From positions 1 to 50,356 of the forward strand of contig CALSCP010000985.1 of assembly GCA_943704425.1 (NCBI GenBank): DNA of 50,356 bases, in the 5' to 3' direction. Of the stretch, positions 34,652-50,356 are shown piece after piece (within the stretch, counting starts at the first letter, position 1; every line of letters starts with the position of its first letter). Origin of the DNA: Ministeria vibrans ATCC 50519. Taxonomy: Eukaryota; Protista; Filasterea. The position numbers and the translations under genes are program-made. The notes below the pieces were generated by a model. That model did no database searches and had not been told where the DNA came from. It saw nothing but the letters and a program-made list of their open reading frames with translations.

Positions 34652-36571
34652 ATGTTATTTGCTGAGCAACTGCGCCTTGTGTCGGAAGACCAGTGGCAGC
34701 GCTTCTACCTGCCGTACGGGCAGCTGAAGGCGCTGATGCGGCAGTATTCGGCGGCGAGCGACAGCGAATGTTCCGACCTGAGTCGACGCATGCAGACGCT
34801 CATCGACGACTTCACTGCTGCCCTGGAAGGCATGCACGCCGAGGAGAACAACCTTCTGCAGGCGAAGTTGATAAAGGCGCGAAGCGTAGTGAACACGCAG
34901 TCGGTCAAAAGTTCCAACTGCAGTCAGCTTCTTGCTCTGGCAACGCACGTCGAGCGCCTCAAGTACTTCGTTCAGCTGAATCGGACGGCAATAGACAAGA
35001 GCATTGCGCACGCTGGAAAGTTGGATCTGACGTTGAATGTGGACCAGGCGACGGAGAAACTGTCCGAGCTGGCTCGGTCGCTGGCCGAGCTCGCCCGGCG
35101 GTCCCGGATGCTCATGGCCAAGCTGCCTGTCCGTCCCAATGCACAAGAGGAGCTGAAGCGACAGCGCGAGGAGGCTAACAAGGGGGAGGACGAGCCCGAG
35201 AGCGAGCCTCATGTCGATAGCTTTGACTTTGAAGAATTTCCGACGGGTGTGAGGTGAGTTGAATGATATTATTTTAATTTTTTGTTATTATTATTATTAT
35301 TTTTTTGCCTTCTTGATTCTCATTAATAATTTTATTATTATTTTGTTTTGATTTGTGTCTTGTTTTCGTTTTTGCAGCACCATGATGGTGAACATGGGTA
35401 TTGGATCACTTGGCCAACCTATAGCGGTTCCCGTCATAGTGGTGCGAGGGGCGCGTGCAGGGCCTGTGCTCGGACTGACAGCGTGTGTCCACGGCAACGA
35501 ACTCAATGGCATTCCCCTCATTCACTCCGTGCTCCAAAGTGTCCATGCCGACTCGCTTCTGGGGACGCTGATTGCCGTTCCCGTTGTCAATGTTGAGGGG
35601 TTTGCGGCGGGCACGCGCTCCTACGTGGACGGAACGGATCTCAACCGCACAATGCCTGGCAGAGAGTGCGGCACATCGCCACAACAGTACGCAAATCATC
35701 ATTAAAAAAATCATTATCACTTATACATTGTTTTCTTTTTTAAAGGTTTGCGCATATGTTTGTAACCAAAATTCTCAGGCAGTGTGAGTACTTGATTGAC
35801 TTGCACACGGCGAGCCATCGGCGTGCAAACTCGCTGTATGTGCGGGCGGACTTGGCCGATGCCCGTACACGTCGCATTGCTGTACGATTGCAGCCGCAGA
35901 TTGTTGTACACAGCTCGTCGCCACATGGTAGTGTGCGGGGTGCTGCCGAGGCGATGGGTGTGACTGCGGTGACGCTGGAGATGGGCAATGCGGGTGTGTT
36001 TCAGCCGTGGATGATCGAGCGGGGTCTTGAAGGCACTCTGTCGGTCATGCACGCCCTCAACATGTTGCTGGGTGAGAAGCGCACAACTCCCGTGCTTACA
36101 GCGCACTTGAACATATCGAGGCCCGACAAGGAACCATCGGAGGACGCGACAGTTCTGAAAAAGAAGAAGACCACCGAAGCACCGGTGGTCTGTACTTCGT
36201 CGCGATGGATCTTCTCCTCCCACGGCGGACTCCTCCACGTCTACCCCAAGGTACTAGTTGTGTGTCGTTTACCTTTAGTAGTAGTATTAGTAGTAGTAGT
36301 AGTAGTAGAGTAGTAGCAACGGGACTACTAGTTTGTTGTGGCTCAACCACATCATTACTATTTGTAGGTTGCGAGTTGCGTCAAGGCAGGAGATGTGCTT
36401 GCGCGTGTTGTGGACGTTTTTGGACACGAAGTGGCGCAGTACACGGCGGAGGAGAGTGCAGTTGTTGTGGGCGTGTCGGTCGATCCCGTGTGCCGTTCGG
36501 GCGATCGCATTCTTCACTTGGGCTCCGTGGGCGATGCGTTTCACTCGGATACGCACGATGGTCACGAGTGA
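34652..36571 (+). CDS. SPX domain fused to succinylglutamate desuccinylase/aspartoacylase (AstE/AspA, M14-like) metallo-amidohydrolase
   Basis: Exons 34652-35253, 35378-35686, 35746-36250 and 36368-36571 in frame. SPX: MLFAEQL...QWQRFYLPYGQLKALM and LKYFVQLNRTAIDK. Hydrolase: VHGNELNG (HxxE), DLNRTMPG, IDLHTAS, TLEMG, and C-terminal barrel VKAGDVLARVVDVFG...GDRILHLG. Confidence 0.87.
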
Positions 36572-36681
36572 GCGTGAGTGAGTGTCCCACCAAACCAATC
36601 CATGGTGTATCAATGTGTCAAACTCAATAAAAATATAATAATAGTAATTATTCTTATTATTATAAAAATATTATAGTGCGT

Positions 36682-38605
36682 TTATAGGCTGAAAAGCACC
36701 TTTGTGTCGTACTGGGCGTAGGAGTTGCAGCAGGCGGGCGAGTGGGAGGCATCAAGACCCTCTTCAAAGGCGACCCACATAGTCTGGTCGGCGAGGGAGG
36801 GCCGGTAGACAGCCGAGAGGACGTTGCTACCCTTGGAGGCATCGGCACACGAGAGGAACGAGGGTCGAGTTGAGCCACCCTTGTCGCCTACTAATGCCGT
36901 CAGATTGACTGCTTGCAAGGGTCCAATGAGTGTGTGCGAGGCCTCGTAGGTGCGAAAAGTGTCGGCGAGCAGCTGGTAGCGCACTTCACTGTCGCCCGAA
37001 GGAGGATTGCTGTCGATGGATGTTGCCACAAAGTGCGGGTCGTATCCGTGATTCGTGCGCCACACAGCCTCTTCCAGCGGAGCACCCCATTGACTTGCAG
37101 CCTCTCGTGGATCATTGGCGCCAAACTGTGCTGTGTAGCCCCGCATGGTCTCGAGCACGACAAAACGTCGGTCGACACCCGATCCAACACCATGGTTGAT
37201 ACCCAGTGTGTTGTTGGTCGCATTGAAGACGGTCATGGCCTGCTCGAGTGTCGACGAGCGTTCCATGAGCCAGCGCAAACGGAGCGTCCACGGAAACCCA
37301 TCAAAGGTTTCCTGGCGCGTGTCGTCGCCCGCCTCGTGCACCGTAATCCCTTCGGCGCTCATGCCCGTCAGCGCGCCCGGCAGACCGCAGAAGCCCACCG
37401 TCAGGTAGGGTGTCAAGTGTGGCAGGTGGTACACCGTCAGCAGTTTGAAGTCGGCAATGCCAGTGTTGGCCATCCAGTCAAGATTGCGCGCCGTGTACAA
37501 TTCGCCATTGACCGTGCGCGAACCCCACGCGCCCCAGTTCGAGCAGTGGCCTTTCTTGCCAACGTCGCCTGCACTCGACGACGACGACGAGAGGGCCGCC
37601 AGCTGTTGCACCGCTCGATACACGTTGTGAGATTCGGCCGCAGTCTGGTTGCCGCCCAATTCGTGCACCAGCAGCCAGTAGATGTTGCTTCCAATGTCGC
37701 CCGGGAAGTTGGACACGGTGAGGCCACGCTTCGAGACAAGTTAGCAAATGGTGCAATTGTAATTGTGGGTTCTTTCGTACATAGAGATTCTTGGCCATTT
37801 CGTGCATGCCCATGTCGTGGAAGACGCTTGAGATTCCGTCCAGCTCTTCTTGCATTTCAAGGGGCACCTAAGACAAACAGAGACAGAGAGAGAAGAGAAA
37901 CATAGACAGACAGAGAGAGAGAGGATAGAGAAGAGGAGAGGAGACAGACAGAGACAGAGAAGGAGACAGACAGAGACGAGAGGAGAGGAGTAGACACAGA
38001 CAGATAGGCAGGTAGACAGAGAACAGATAGGCAGGTAGACAGAGAACAGAGAGACAGAGAGACAGAGAGAGAGAGACAGAGAGACAGAGAGACAAAGAGA
38101 GAGACAGAGAGACAGAGAGAGAGACAGAGAGACAGAGAGAGAGACAGAGAGACAGAGAAACAAGAGCGTATTTAATACTGTGGTGTCTCATTTATGCCCT
38201 CACCTGCTTGCTCAAGTGGTTCTCCCACTGGATATCGAGCCACTTAACGAGGAGCAGCTGCTCGAGTTTGTTGGGCAGAACCTACAGTGGGTGTGTGAGT
38301 ACAAGCGCGTGTGTGTGCTCATGGGCTACTCGTACTTTGTCGATCAGTCGTTTCCACGTCTCCTCCGACTCCTTTGCAACAAGATGCGCATACGCTTCGC
38401 CTGCAGCACGACGGCTCGGTTCGCGCAACACAGCAATGAGGATGGGCTTGGCATAGCCGTCGACGGCGGAAGTGTAGAGCGACGAATTGCTCCATGTCCG
38501 AAGCAACTGCGGCGCTCCCCCAGTCGAAATGCGAGGCGTAAAGGGCGGATCTTGGGCCAAAGATGAGGCCACAAGAAGTGCCATCACGAGCGTGTGCACA
38601 ATCAT
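36682..38605 (-). CDS. Secreted/lysosomal Ntn-hydrolase, peptidase C45 / acid-ceramidase-like (resembles Dictyostelium dcd1-type proteins)
   Basis: Signal peptide MIVHTLVMALLVASSLA; EMQEELDGI; autoprocessing site GH|CSNWGAWGSRTVNGELYTARNLDW; LTGMSAEGITVHE; WRTNH. Confidence 0.82.
37872..38165. repeat. Compound (GAGACA)n/(GA)n purine-rich satellite in a C45 gene intron
   Basis: Seen directly. Confidence 0.88.
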
Positions 38606-38673
38606 TAGGTCTTGTGAGTTGCGATAGGGGTTTTAAAAATGAATGAAAAACATTGAATAATATTTATTCATTA

Positions 38674-41018
38674 ATGCAGCTCGAATCGTACGCGGCGGCG
38701 GTCAGCTCTCTGATCCTATTCCCGTACGTGGTCAATCGTGGTATCCATGCCAGCACCTTGATCGACGCCGTGTCGGTGCGCAGCAGCAAGGGCGAGCCTT
38801 CTTCTCTTGCCGCCATGATCAACGCCGCCCAACACCTCCCACCACTCTTGCCAACGCCAAACGAGCCCACCGAGCACGACGACACGCACGCCACCCAACC
38901 AGACCCGCAAGCGGGCTCCTCCGCCCCGGAAACCCCCTTCTTTGAGTCGTCTGCGTCCGTCACTGAGGCACTTTTGGAGTCGGCGCAACACAACGCCCAA
39001 ATGCACTTTGTGCGACGTATCCTCGTACGCCGAGCGCGTCAGCTGACAGAAGACACTGACATGCCGACGACAACGGCAATGGAGAGCAGCACACACGGCT
39101 GCATCACGACGTATGGCGAGGTGGTCACCGTCGATTTGAGCGGCTCTTCCGCTTGGACCTGTGAGATTCGCCGGTTCTACCGCGACCCAAGCGACGCGTG
39201 CGCCGAGCACATCACCGACTATCGCATTGTTTGCGATCCAGCGTCTGCTGCAGTGGCCATCAGGGTCGAGCACGATCACAACAACACCACCAACAGCATC
39301 AGTAGCGATGTAACGCAGCACTTTGAAGCGTGGACCAGCAAGACACTCCTGCCCAAAGTAGTCAAATGGTACCAGGCAGCACTGGCGGGGCGTATGCCCA
39401 CCGTCAACTGCGCCCTCATCGACCGCGAACAGTACGTCATCTGCTTCAACGACCTCAAACAGCGCTTTGCTCTCGAGCTCGTCCAAAGCTGGCGTCAATT
39501 TGAGTGCACCGATCCGGCCAAGTACATTTACGAAGAGCTCGCCATTGCCGCCTATGTCGTGTGTCTGTGGCAACAGCAGCGTGTTGAACAAGGCTCCGAG
39601 CGCATGCAGTCCTTTGTCGATCTGGGCTGTGGCAATGGAGTGCTCGTGTACTTTCTCAACATGGCCGTAAGATCCAAACCCTCCCCCACATTACATTTAT
39701 TCAAGCTCCCCTTCTCGTTTGTTGCGTTGTTTTTTTTTAAAAATAATATGTATATATGATTAGGGGCATCCTGGCTATGGTGTGGATGGACAACGACGCA
39801 AAGTCTGGTCGTTCTTTGAGGAGAGGGGAACCACATTCAAAGTATAAAAGACACAGAAAAAAAACACCAACAATAATTTCATAACAACGGAACATCTATA
39901 GGAGGAAATGTTGAACCCGTTGGAGTACGACTGCAGTACAAGCGACTGGCTGCTGGGGAACCACAGCGACGAGCTGACACCGTGGTTGCCGTGGATGGCA
40001 GCGCATGCGTCGTACTCGTGTGCCTACCTTGTGCTTCCCTGCTGCTTCTATGAGTTCCACGGGGGTCGCTTTGACGAGAGCAAGTACCGTGCCTCCACGC
40101 CTCAGATGGGTCGTTATGCAAAGTATTTGGAGTTTCTCGAGGCAGTTGGAGTGCGTTTGGGCTTTGAGGTGCAGACAGACTCGTTGAAGATTCCCAGTCC
40201 AAAGCGCATCTGTCACATTGGCCAGAGACGCACGTATCCCCAACAAGACCACACCAAAATGCTGTCGGTTCACTTGGAAATGGTCAAAGGTGCCCACAGA
40301 AACCGCCATGTTATGAAATGATTTTTATCTTTTTTGTTTTTGTTTGCTTCGTATTAGGTGTGAAGGAGAAACTGAAGTTGCGAGCAATGCCAAGCGAGGT
40401 AGTGTTGCGGAATGGAGCGTTGATTAGTGCCGAGGCCAAACACACCATGGTGATGAAGGTGATGTGGGGATTACTACGCAGAGAAGAGGATGAGAAGGGG
40501 AGTGGAGGTGTGGGCGAGCGGCAGCAGCAGCACAAGCGAAAGCGGAGTGAGTGGCGGAGGGGAGGCTGTCTGACGATTGGTGATGCACTGCGCTTGCTTG
40601 ATGATGCTGACTTGAGTGTGCTGCGCAATCAGAATGGCGGGCTTCAGGCTCTTCTTCGCAATCATGGCCATGTCTTTTTAGGTGGGCCAACACATTTAAT
40701 CATCCCTCTTTTTATTCTTCTTGCTCATAGTGCAAAAGGGTACTGTTCAGCTACAGGACATGCGCGTGCCCGACAGCGAACGAGCACCACCCCTTCGAGG
40801 CAAAAGTAAATCCAAAAAACCCCGTCCAACAGCAACAACAATAACAACAACAACGGGCACCGCCCCTGCCTCTGTGCCTTCTCCCCGTCCTTGCTGGTTC
40901 TTCCGCCATCACCCCGATGGGTGTCCCCTGGTATGGACTTGCTTGTTTCCATTCTGGTTCCATGTTTGATCTTACCTATTCATTTTAGGACCGCGAATGC
41001 TCAAAGCTTCACGAATGA
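38674..41018 (+). CDS. TRMT44: tRNA (uracil-O2')-methyltransferase Trm44
   Basis: TDPAKYIYEELAIAAY, SFVDLGCGNGVLVY, WLLGNHSDELTPWLP, VLPCCFYEF, LRNQNGGLQALLRNH and C-terminal CCCH finger PCWFFRHHPDGCPL|DRECSKLH. Confidence 0.92.
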
Positions 41019-41290
41019 CACAATCAAACTGAAACGTCCTGTACACAAATACAACCCATTTCATGTAGGATTACCAGACCATTTTAAAACACGAATCAAG
41101 GGAAGTAAGGAAATGCAGTGAGAAAGTAGGCCGAGAAAGAAAGGTAGAAAAAAGCAGTCCCTCGAAGGAGTATAAAGGTTCGTACAAGGTACATTCGAAA
41201 AAATATCACAAGCAAACACTTTATTCGAATCTTTTATCCATCTTTATTTTTGTCTCTCTCACTTTGTTTCTTTCTCCACCTTTGTCTCTC

Positions 41291-41551
41291 TCACTTTGTG
41301 ATCGTGAGTGTCAGGCGCTTGGAACCAAGCGGGAGATTGTTGAACGTGAGCGGAGCGATGAGCGTGTCGCCGTCCACGAGTGGCACAAGGTTGAACAGAT
41401 TATGAACAGAGGGCATGGCAAGCTTGTACACTGACGATTCGGCCGTTGCCGAATCCTGAATAAGTAGAATCTCAAAAAGAGCCGTCGCGCCGGGCATTAG
41501 AGGACTCGGAGGCCATGACACCAGCTGGATTCGTGCAGCTTCGCGCGCCAC
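41291..41551 (-). CDS. Possible small coding exon of unknown function
   Basis: Coding-like segment DSATAESSVYKLAMPSVHNLFNLVPLVDGDTLIAPLTFNNLPLGSKRLTLTITK bounded by a candidate acceptor (ttattcag) and donor (aa|gtgaga). No start or partner exons could be fixed. Confidence 0.3.
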   Translation of the reverse strand: MAREAARIQLVSWPPSPLMPGATALFEILLIQDSATAESSVYKLAMPSVHNLFNLVPLVDGDTLIAPLTFNNLPLGSKRLTLTITK

Positions 41552-41601
41552 TAATTATTTTATTTATTATTATTATTTTCTTCTTCAAAGTCCAAACACA
41601 T

Positions 41602-42240
41602 ATGTGCCGATGGTACTGCAATTCCGAGGGCCCATCAACCGACCTCCAATGCAATCACTGCCAGACACACTACTGTGGCGCTTGTTTCCATGGTGACGAA
41701 GGCAAAATGAAATCCATGTCGCAATGCGCCAAATGCGGCAAGCCACCGACAACAGCGCCCAAGGGACGCAAGCCAGGCTTTTCACTAGGGCATGGGTACA
41801 CCAAGGCGAGCGAGAGGTGCGGCCAATTTGTACTTATAGAATTCGACGCAAGTTCAAATTTCTCGCGACGTCTACGTAGTGCCAACCGAGGAGGTTACGA
41901 CGTTCGCGGCGTCCCAATTGAGCCAAGTCACGCTGAGGAACCGTCCCCTGCACGTGATAAGCGTGATCAGGAGGTGGCGTCGACGCGTGAGAGACGCTCA
42001 CGGGTTGGACGAGAGAAGCAGCAGAGTGGGGTGCCGGTCTGGCAGCGATTGACGGACCCTGCAGCTTTCACGGGGAGTCATGCTCATCGGTTCTCTGCGG
42101 ACGGCAAAGGCCGAGGCATACAGGGACGGGACAGAGTGAAGAAAGGCGACGAATTGCGCTTTGAGCGTCCGCCGCGCCAAAAGAATTTGAAATTTCTTGA
42201 GGAGTGTAAAGCGGAGCGAAATCTCTTCGATGGAAGATGA
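41602..42240 (+). CDS. Small protein: N-terminal Cys-rich (zinc-finger-like) domain plus partial p25alpha (TPPP C-terminal) motif
   Basis: CRWYC...CNHC...YCGACFH...CAKC, then VWQRLTDPAAFTGSHAHRFSADGKGRGIQGRD. Probable in-frame 84-nt intron at 41796-41879. Confidence 0.75.
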   Translation: MCRWYCNSEGPSTDLQCNHCQTHYCGACFHGDEGKMKSMSQCAKCGKPPTTAPKGRKPGFSLGHGYTKASERCGQFVLIEFDASSNFSRRLRSANRGGYDVRGVPIEPSHAEEPSPARDKRDQEVASTRERRSRVGREKQQSGVPVWQRLTDPAAFTGSHAHRFSADGKGRGIQGRDRVKKGDELRFERPPRQKNLKFLEECKAERNLFDGR

Positions 42241-42314
42241 CATTTCATCTCTCAAATTTTGATCTCGCCCCCCATTCTCTGATGTGTTATGAATGTACTA
42301 CCATACTATTTTAT

Positions 42315-47347
<5,033 letters not shown>

Positions 47348-47692
47348 CCTGTTTCCCTGTTGTGTGATCGTCTTGGTGCGACCGAGCGAGCAAAGTACAG
47401 GAAAGAGAACTAAAATAAATTTCATATTTCAGATTCAATCACAAAGAGAAACGTGAAAGAAACGACAGCTCAGAATCACTTTGAAAAAAGCCAAGAGGGA
47501 GTAAAGAGTCCTAAAGACAGGTTGGCTGATGGCGAGACAAGTGAGGCGATCGCCACCAGCTACATTGAATAGTCTACTCATTTGTTTTGTTTTGATTCTT
47601 TCGATGTCTTACTTTTTTCTCTCGTTCCCGCATCCAAGCTTGACTTCTGGTTCCGCCAGCCCGCCACCCTATTTTCAGTGTCTTGTGTTCAA

Positions 47693-47770
47693 ATGGCCAC
47701 CGGAGGAGGTGAGGACGCAAATGGAAGCAGAATATCTCCACGACATCAGATGAAAATACATAACATATGT

Positions 47771-47804
<34 letters not shown>

Positions 47805-49267
47805 GATGAGCATGCTGTGCATGTTGTGGGTCTGTGACGGACCGTTGTCTGCGTTGCTGGTTTTCGCTGGTTGTGCTGTCGTGTGCGTCAAAGTTACGCT
47901 CGTTGTGACGGACCTCTCGACTGCCCCACACGACTTCCCTCCCCGCCCCTCGTGCAAGTACAGCCTAAGCTGTTACCCCGCCTGCCTGCCGAGGAACAAA
48001 CGTGTCGCTCTTTCGTGTGAATTGAGTTTTTGTTCTTGTCGCAACCAATCACTTTCTCTTACTTCCCCTCTTCTCTCTCTCTATCTCTTCTTTTTGTTTA
48101 GCATTATTAACACGCCGGACCAAGTCTGACATGCCCGAACTACAGTCCAAGATTGGGCGGCTGTACGACGCCTTCTTCAAAGTACGTCGTCACACAATGA
48201 GTATAATAATCGTATTATTATTACACTCACTGTATTGCCATTTCCCTCAGGGCGACGACCCCACTGGTGGCCGTGGTGATCTTTTCTGGGATGAGTTCTT
48301 CCTATTGAAAGTCGCCGAGGAGGAGATTCGATCGCGTCTCGACATCTGCTCTCTCGAGCGACTCCTCCAACTCAAGGTAGACAGACCAGACAGTTTGTGT
48401 GTAGTTAGTTTAGTTGCGTTGTCCCCTTATTTTCATCTTCACAGGGCATGATTCAAACACTGTACACGCGAGCGTGTGCTGCACTGGTTGACGACAGTGA
48501 CATCCGGGCGCAAAACGCAATTGAAGTCAGATTAAAGTCCAGAGAGGAGAGTGGAATGCTGATTTTGTTGTGTTCTTTTCATTTTTAGACTCTGACGTAT
48601 CTTTTGGAAGGAGTGTTTCGCAAAAAGTTTCAAGCACTGGACACCATTGAGATTTTAATGGGATACGACAACGCAAACGTGTGTGTCAAGGTAAAAAAGA
48701 TGGACAAGTCGGAATTTCTCTAACCGTAACTTTTTGATGCATGTAGAACCTGACAAGCAGTATTGAGAGTGTGCTCATGAGCAGCACCAGTGTGGCTCGT
48801 CAGACAAAAGCACTGCGTCTCTTTGTCGTACTTGCCACTGCCACAGACAATGTCAATGAGAATCTCCTCATGGAGTACCTTTTGGTTCACAACATTTTCG
48901 GAGCCTTTCTCAAGGTACATCGAAAACGTTATTGAGAGAGAGAGAGAGAGAGAGAGAATATTACTAACCAAGAGAGAGAAAATTACTAACCATGGGCTGC
49001 TTTTAGGTGTTGACTGATCCCGCGACACGCACAACTCTGTCAAGCAATGCGTTGTTGGTTCTTGCGCTGCTCATCAACTACCGCAAGCACGAAACGGGCA
49101 ATTCGTATGCAGAGCGACTCAGTCATCTCGAAGATGAACTCGTCTTGGACGTAAGTGTGTCTGTGTGTATATGACCCAGAGAGAGTGTGTGTGCGTCTAT
49201 TCTTACTTGAAAACTTTGTGTATTGTATTGGCCACGTTTGCTATGTGCGTCTCTCTCATTCTTTCTC

Positions 49268-49298
<31 letters not shown>

Positions 49299-50115
49299 AC
49301 TTTCTTTCTTTTTTTTTTCTCTCTCCCATACACAGTCTATTGGGTCTGTGATTGCGTCGATCCTCCAGCAGCAGAACCGTTCGTTCCTTGTACACACACG
49401 CGAAGACGACCAGTCTCTCTTGCTCTCCGCTCGTCCCACTCGCTCCGGCTTCTTCTCCCAGCTCAGCAGTATGGTTGGTGCCATCTTCACCGACTCTCCT
49501 CCACCCTCCGCCGATGCCGTCAATGTCACTATTGGCGGGTAAGACTCAACTAATAATACGTCATAATTTATTGATTATTGTCACTCATATATACTTCTGT
49601 GGTAACTCATTATAGCGTTTTGCTGGCGCTCTATGAACTAATTCGATTGAATCGTAACTTTATTACCGTTCTCACTCACTTAGAGACTGTCAGTAGCGCA
49701 GTAAGAGGCACTCTGAATTTCACTCTCATATATTTATCTGCATCCATCACTTTCTCTCCCTTTTCGATCTTGATATCTAGAGTGGCGTTGGATTGGGTGC
49801 ACTGCGCTCTGACGTGGCCAGCAAGAAGAGTGCTCCATCTGCGTCGCATCTCATTGACGCACACCAGACCCACCGCCCCTCGTCGCTCCTCACGCGACTC
49901 CTCACTTACCAGTCCTTTGTTTTCCAGAGCATTACTGTACGGCCATCACGACAAAAAAGAAATTGTCGATATGACTTTATTTTCTCTAGGATTCTCGTAT
50001 GGCCACGTATGGTCGATTTTCATTGGTGGTTCTCACGTGCATCACAGAAGACAACTTTGCCTGCGGTTTTCTTCACGATACCAATCTTACCCTTCCCGTT
50101 TGGATCCACAGAAAG
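47693..50115 (+). CDS. ARMH3: Armadillo-like helical domain-containing protein 3 (C10orf76); continues beyond the window
   Basis: MATGG|ALLTRRTKSDMPELQSKIGRLYDAFFK|GDDP...FWDEFFLLKV; NENLLMEYL; LLINYRKHETGNSY; LLALYELIRLNRNFITVLTH; GFLHDTN. Many short exons. Confidence 0.88.
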
Positions 50116-50159
50116 GTGCAAATCACAGACAAACGACTGACACACGCTCACACTCACCC

Positions 50160-50301
<142 letters not shown>

Positions 50302-50356
50302 TCACTTCTTTACTCACTGCTCTCTCACTCTTTAATGCTCTCTTTCCTCTTCACTC

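Noticed and set aside
36913-37905. 330-aa plus-strand ORF, and similar ORFs at 11808-12683 and 46309-47127
   Set aside because: Antisense shadows of the C45, PITRM1 and RFC1 exons, with no motifs of their own.

Overview
Gene-dense, intron-rich eukaryotic DNA from a flagellated unicellular organism. A holozoan, choanoflagellate-like source is inferred from short GT-AG introns filled with (TC)n/(CA)n, Notch-type EGF and LNR modules, and inversin, Rab34 and ODF3 homologues. About 21 spliced protein-coding genes were rebuilt by hand from splice signals and reading frame, most in head-to-head pairs. Housekeeping genes: ArfGAP1, GT15 mannosyltransferase, PITRM1, cathepsin D-like protease, Rab34/36, inversin, FAM114, prolyl oligopeptidase, ODF3-like, TRMT44, RFC1 and ARMH3. 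Two features stand out. (1) A bacterial-type vanadium haloperoxidase rebuilt as a type I cell-surface protein (signal peptide, VHPO, LNR, ZU5-like, 8 Notch-type EGF repeats, TM, PDZ-ligand tail). (2) A divergent pair made of a circularly permuted ATP-grasp ligase and an AstE/AspA-type metallo-amidohydrolase with an N-terminal SPX domain, a candidate phosphate-regulated peptide synthesis/hydrolysis module. Also notable: a kinase plus degenerate-HAD protein in T4-PNK domain order, a possible degenerate OAS/cGAS-fold protein, RFC1 with two BRCT domains, and a Cys-rich partial-p25alpha protein. All family calls come from motif recognition by eye; no searches were run.
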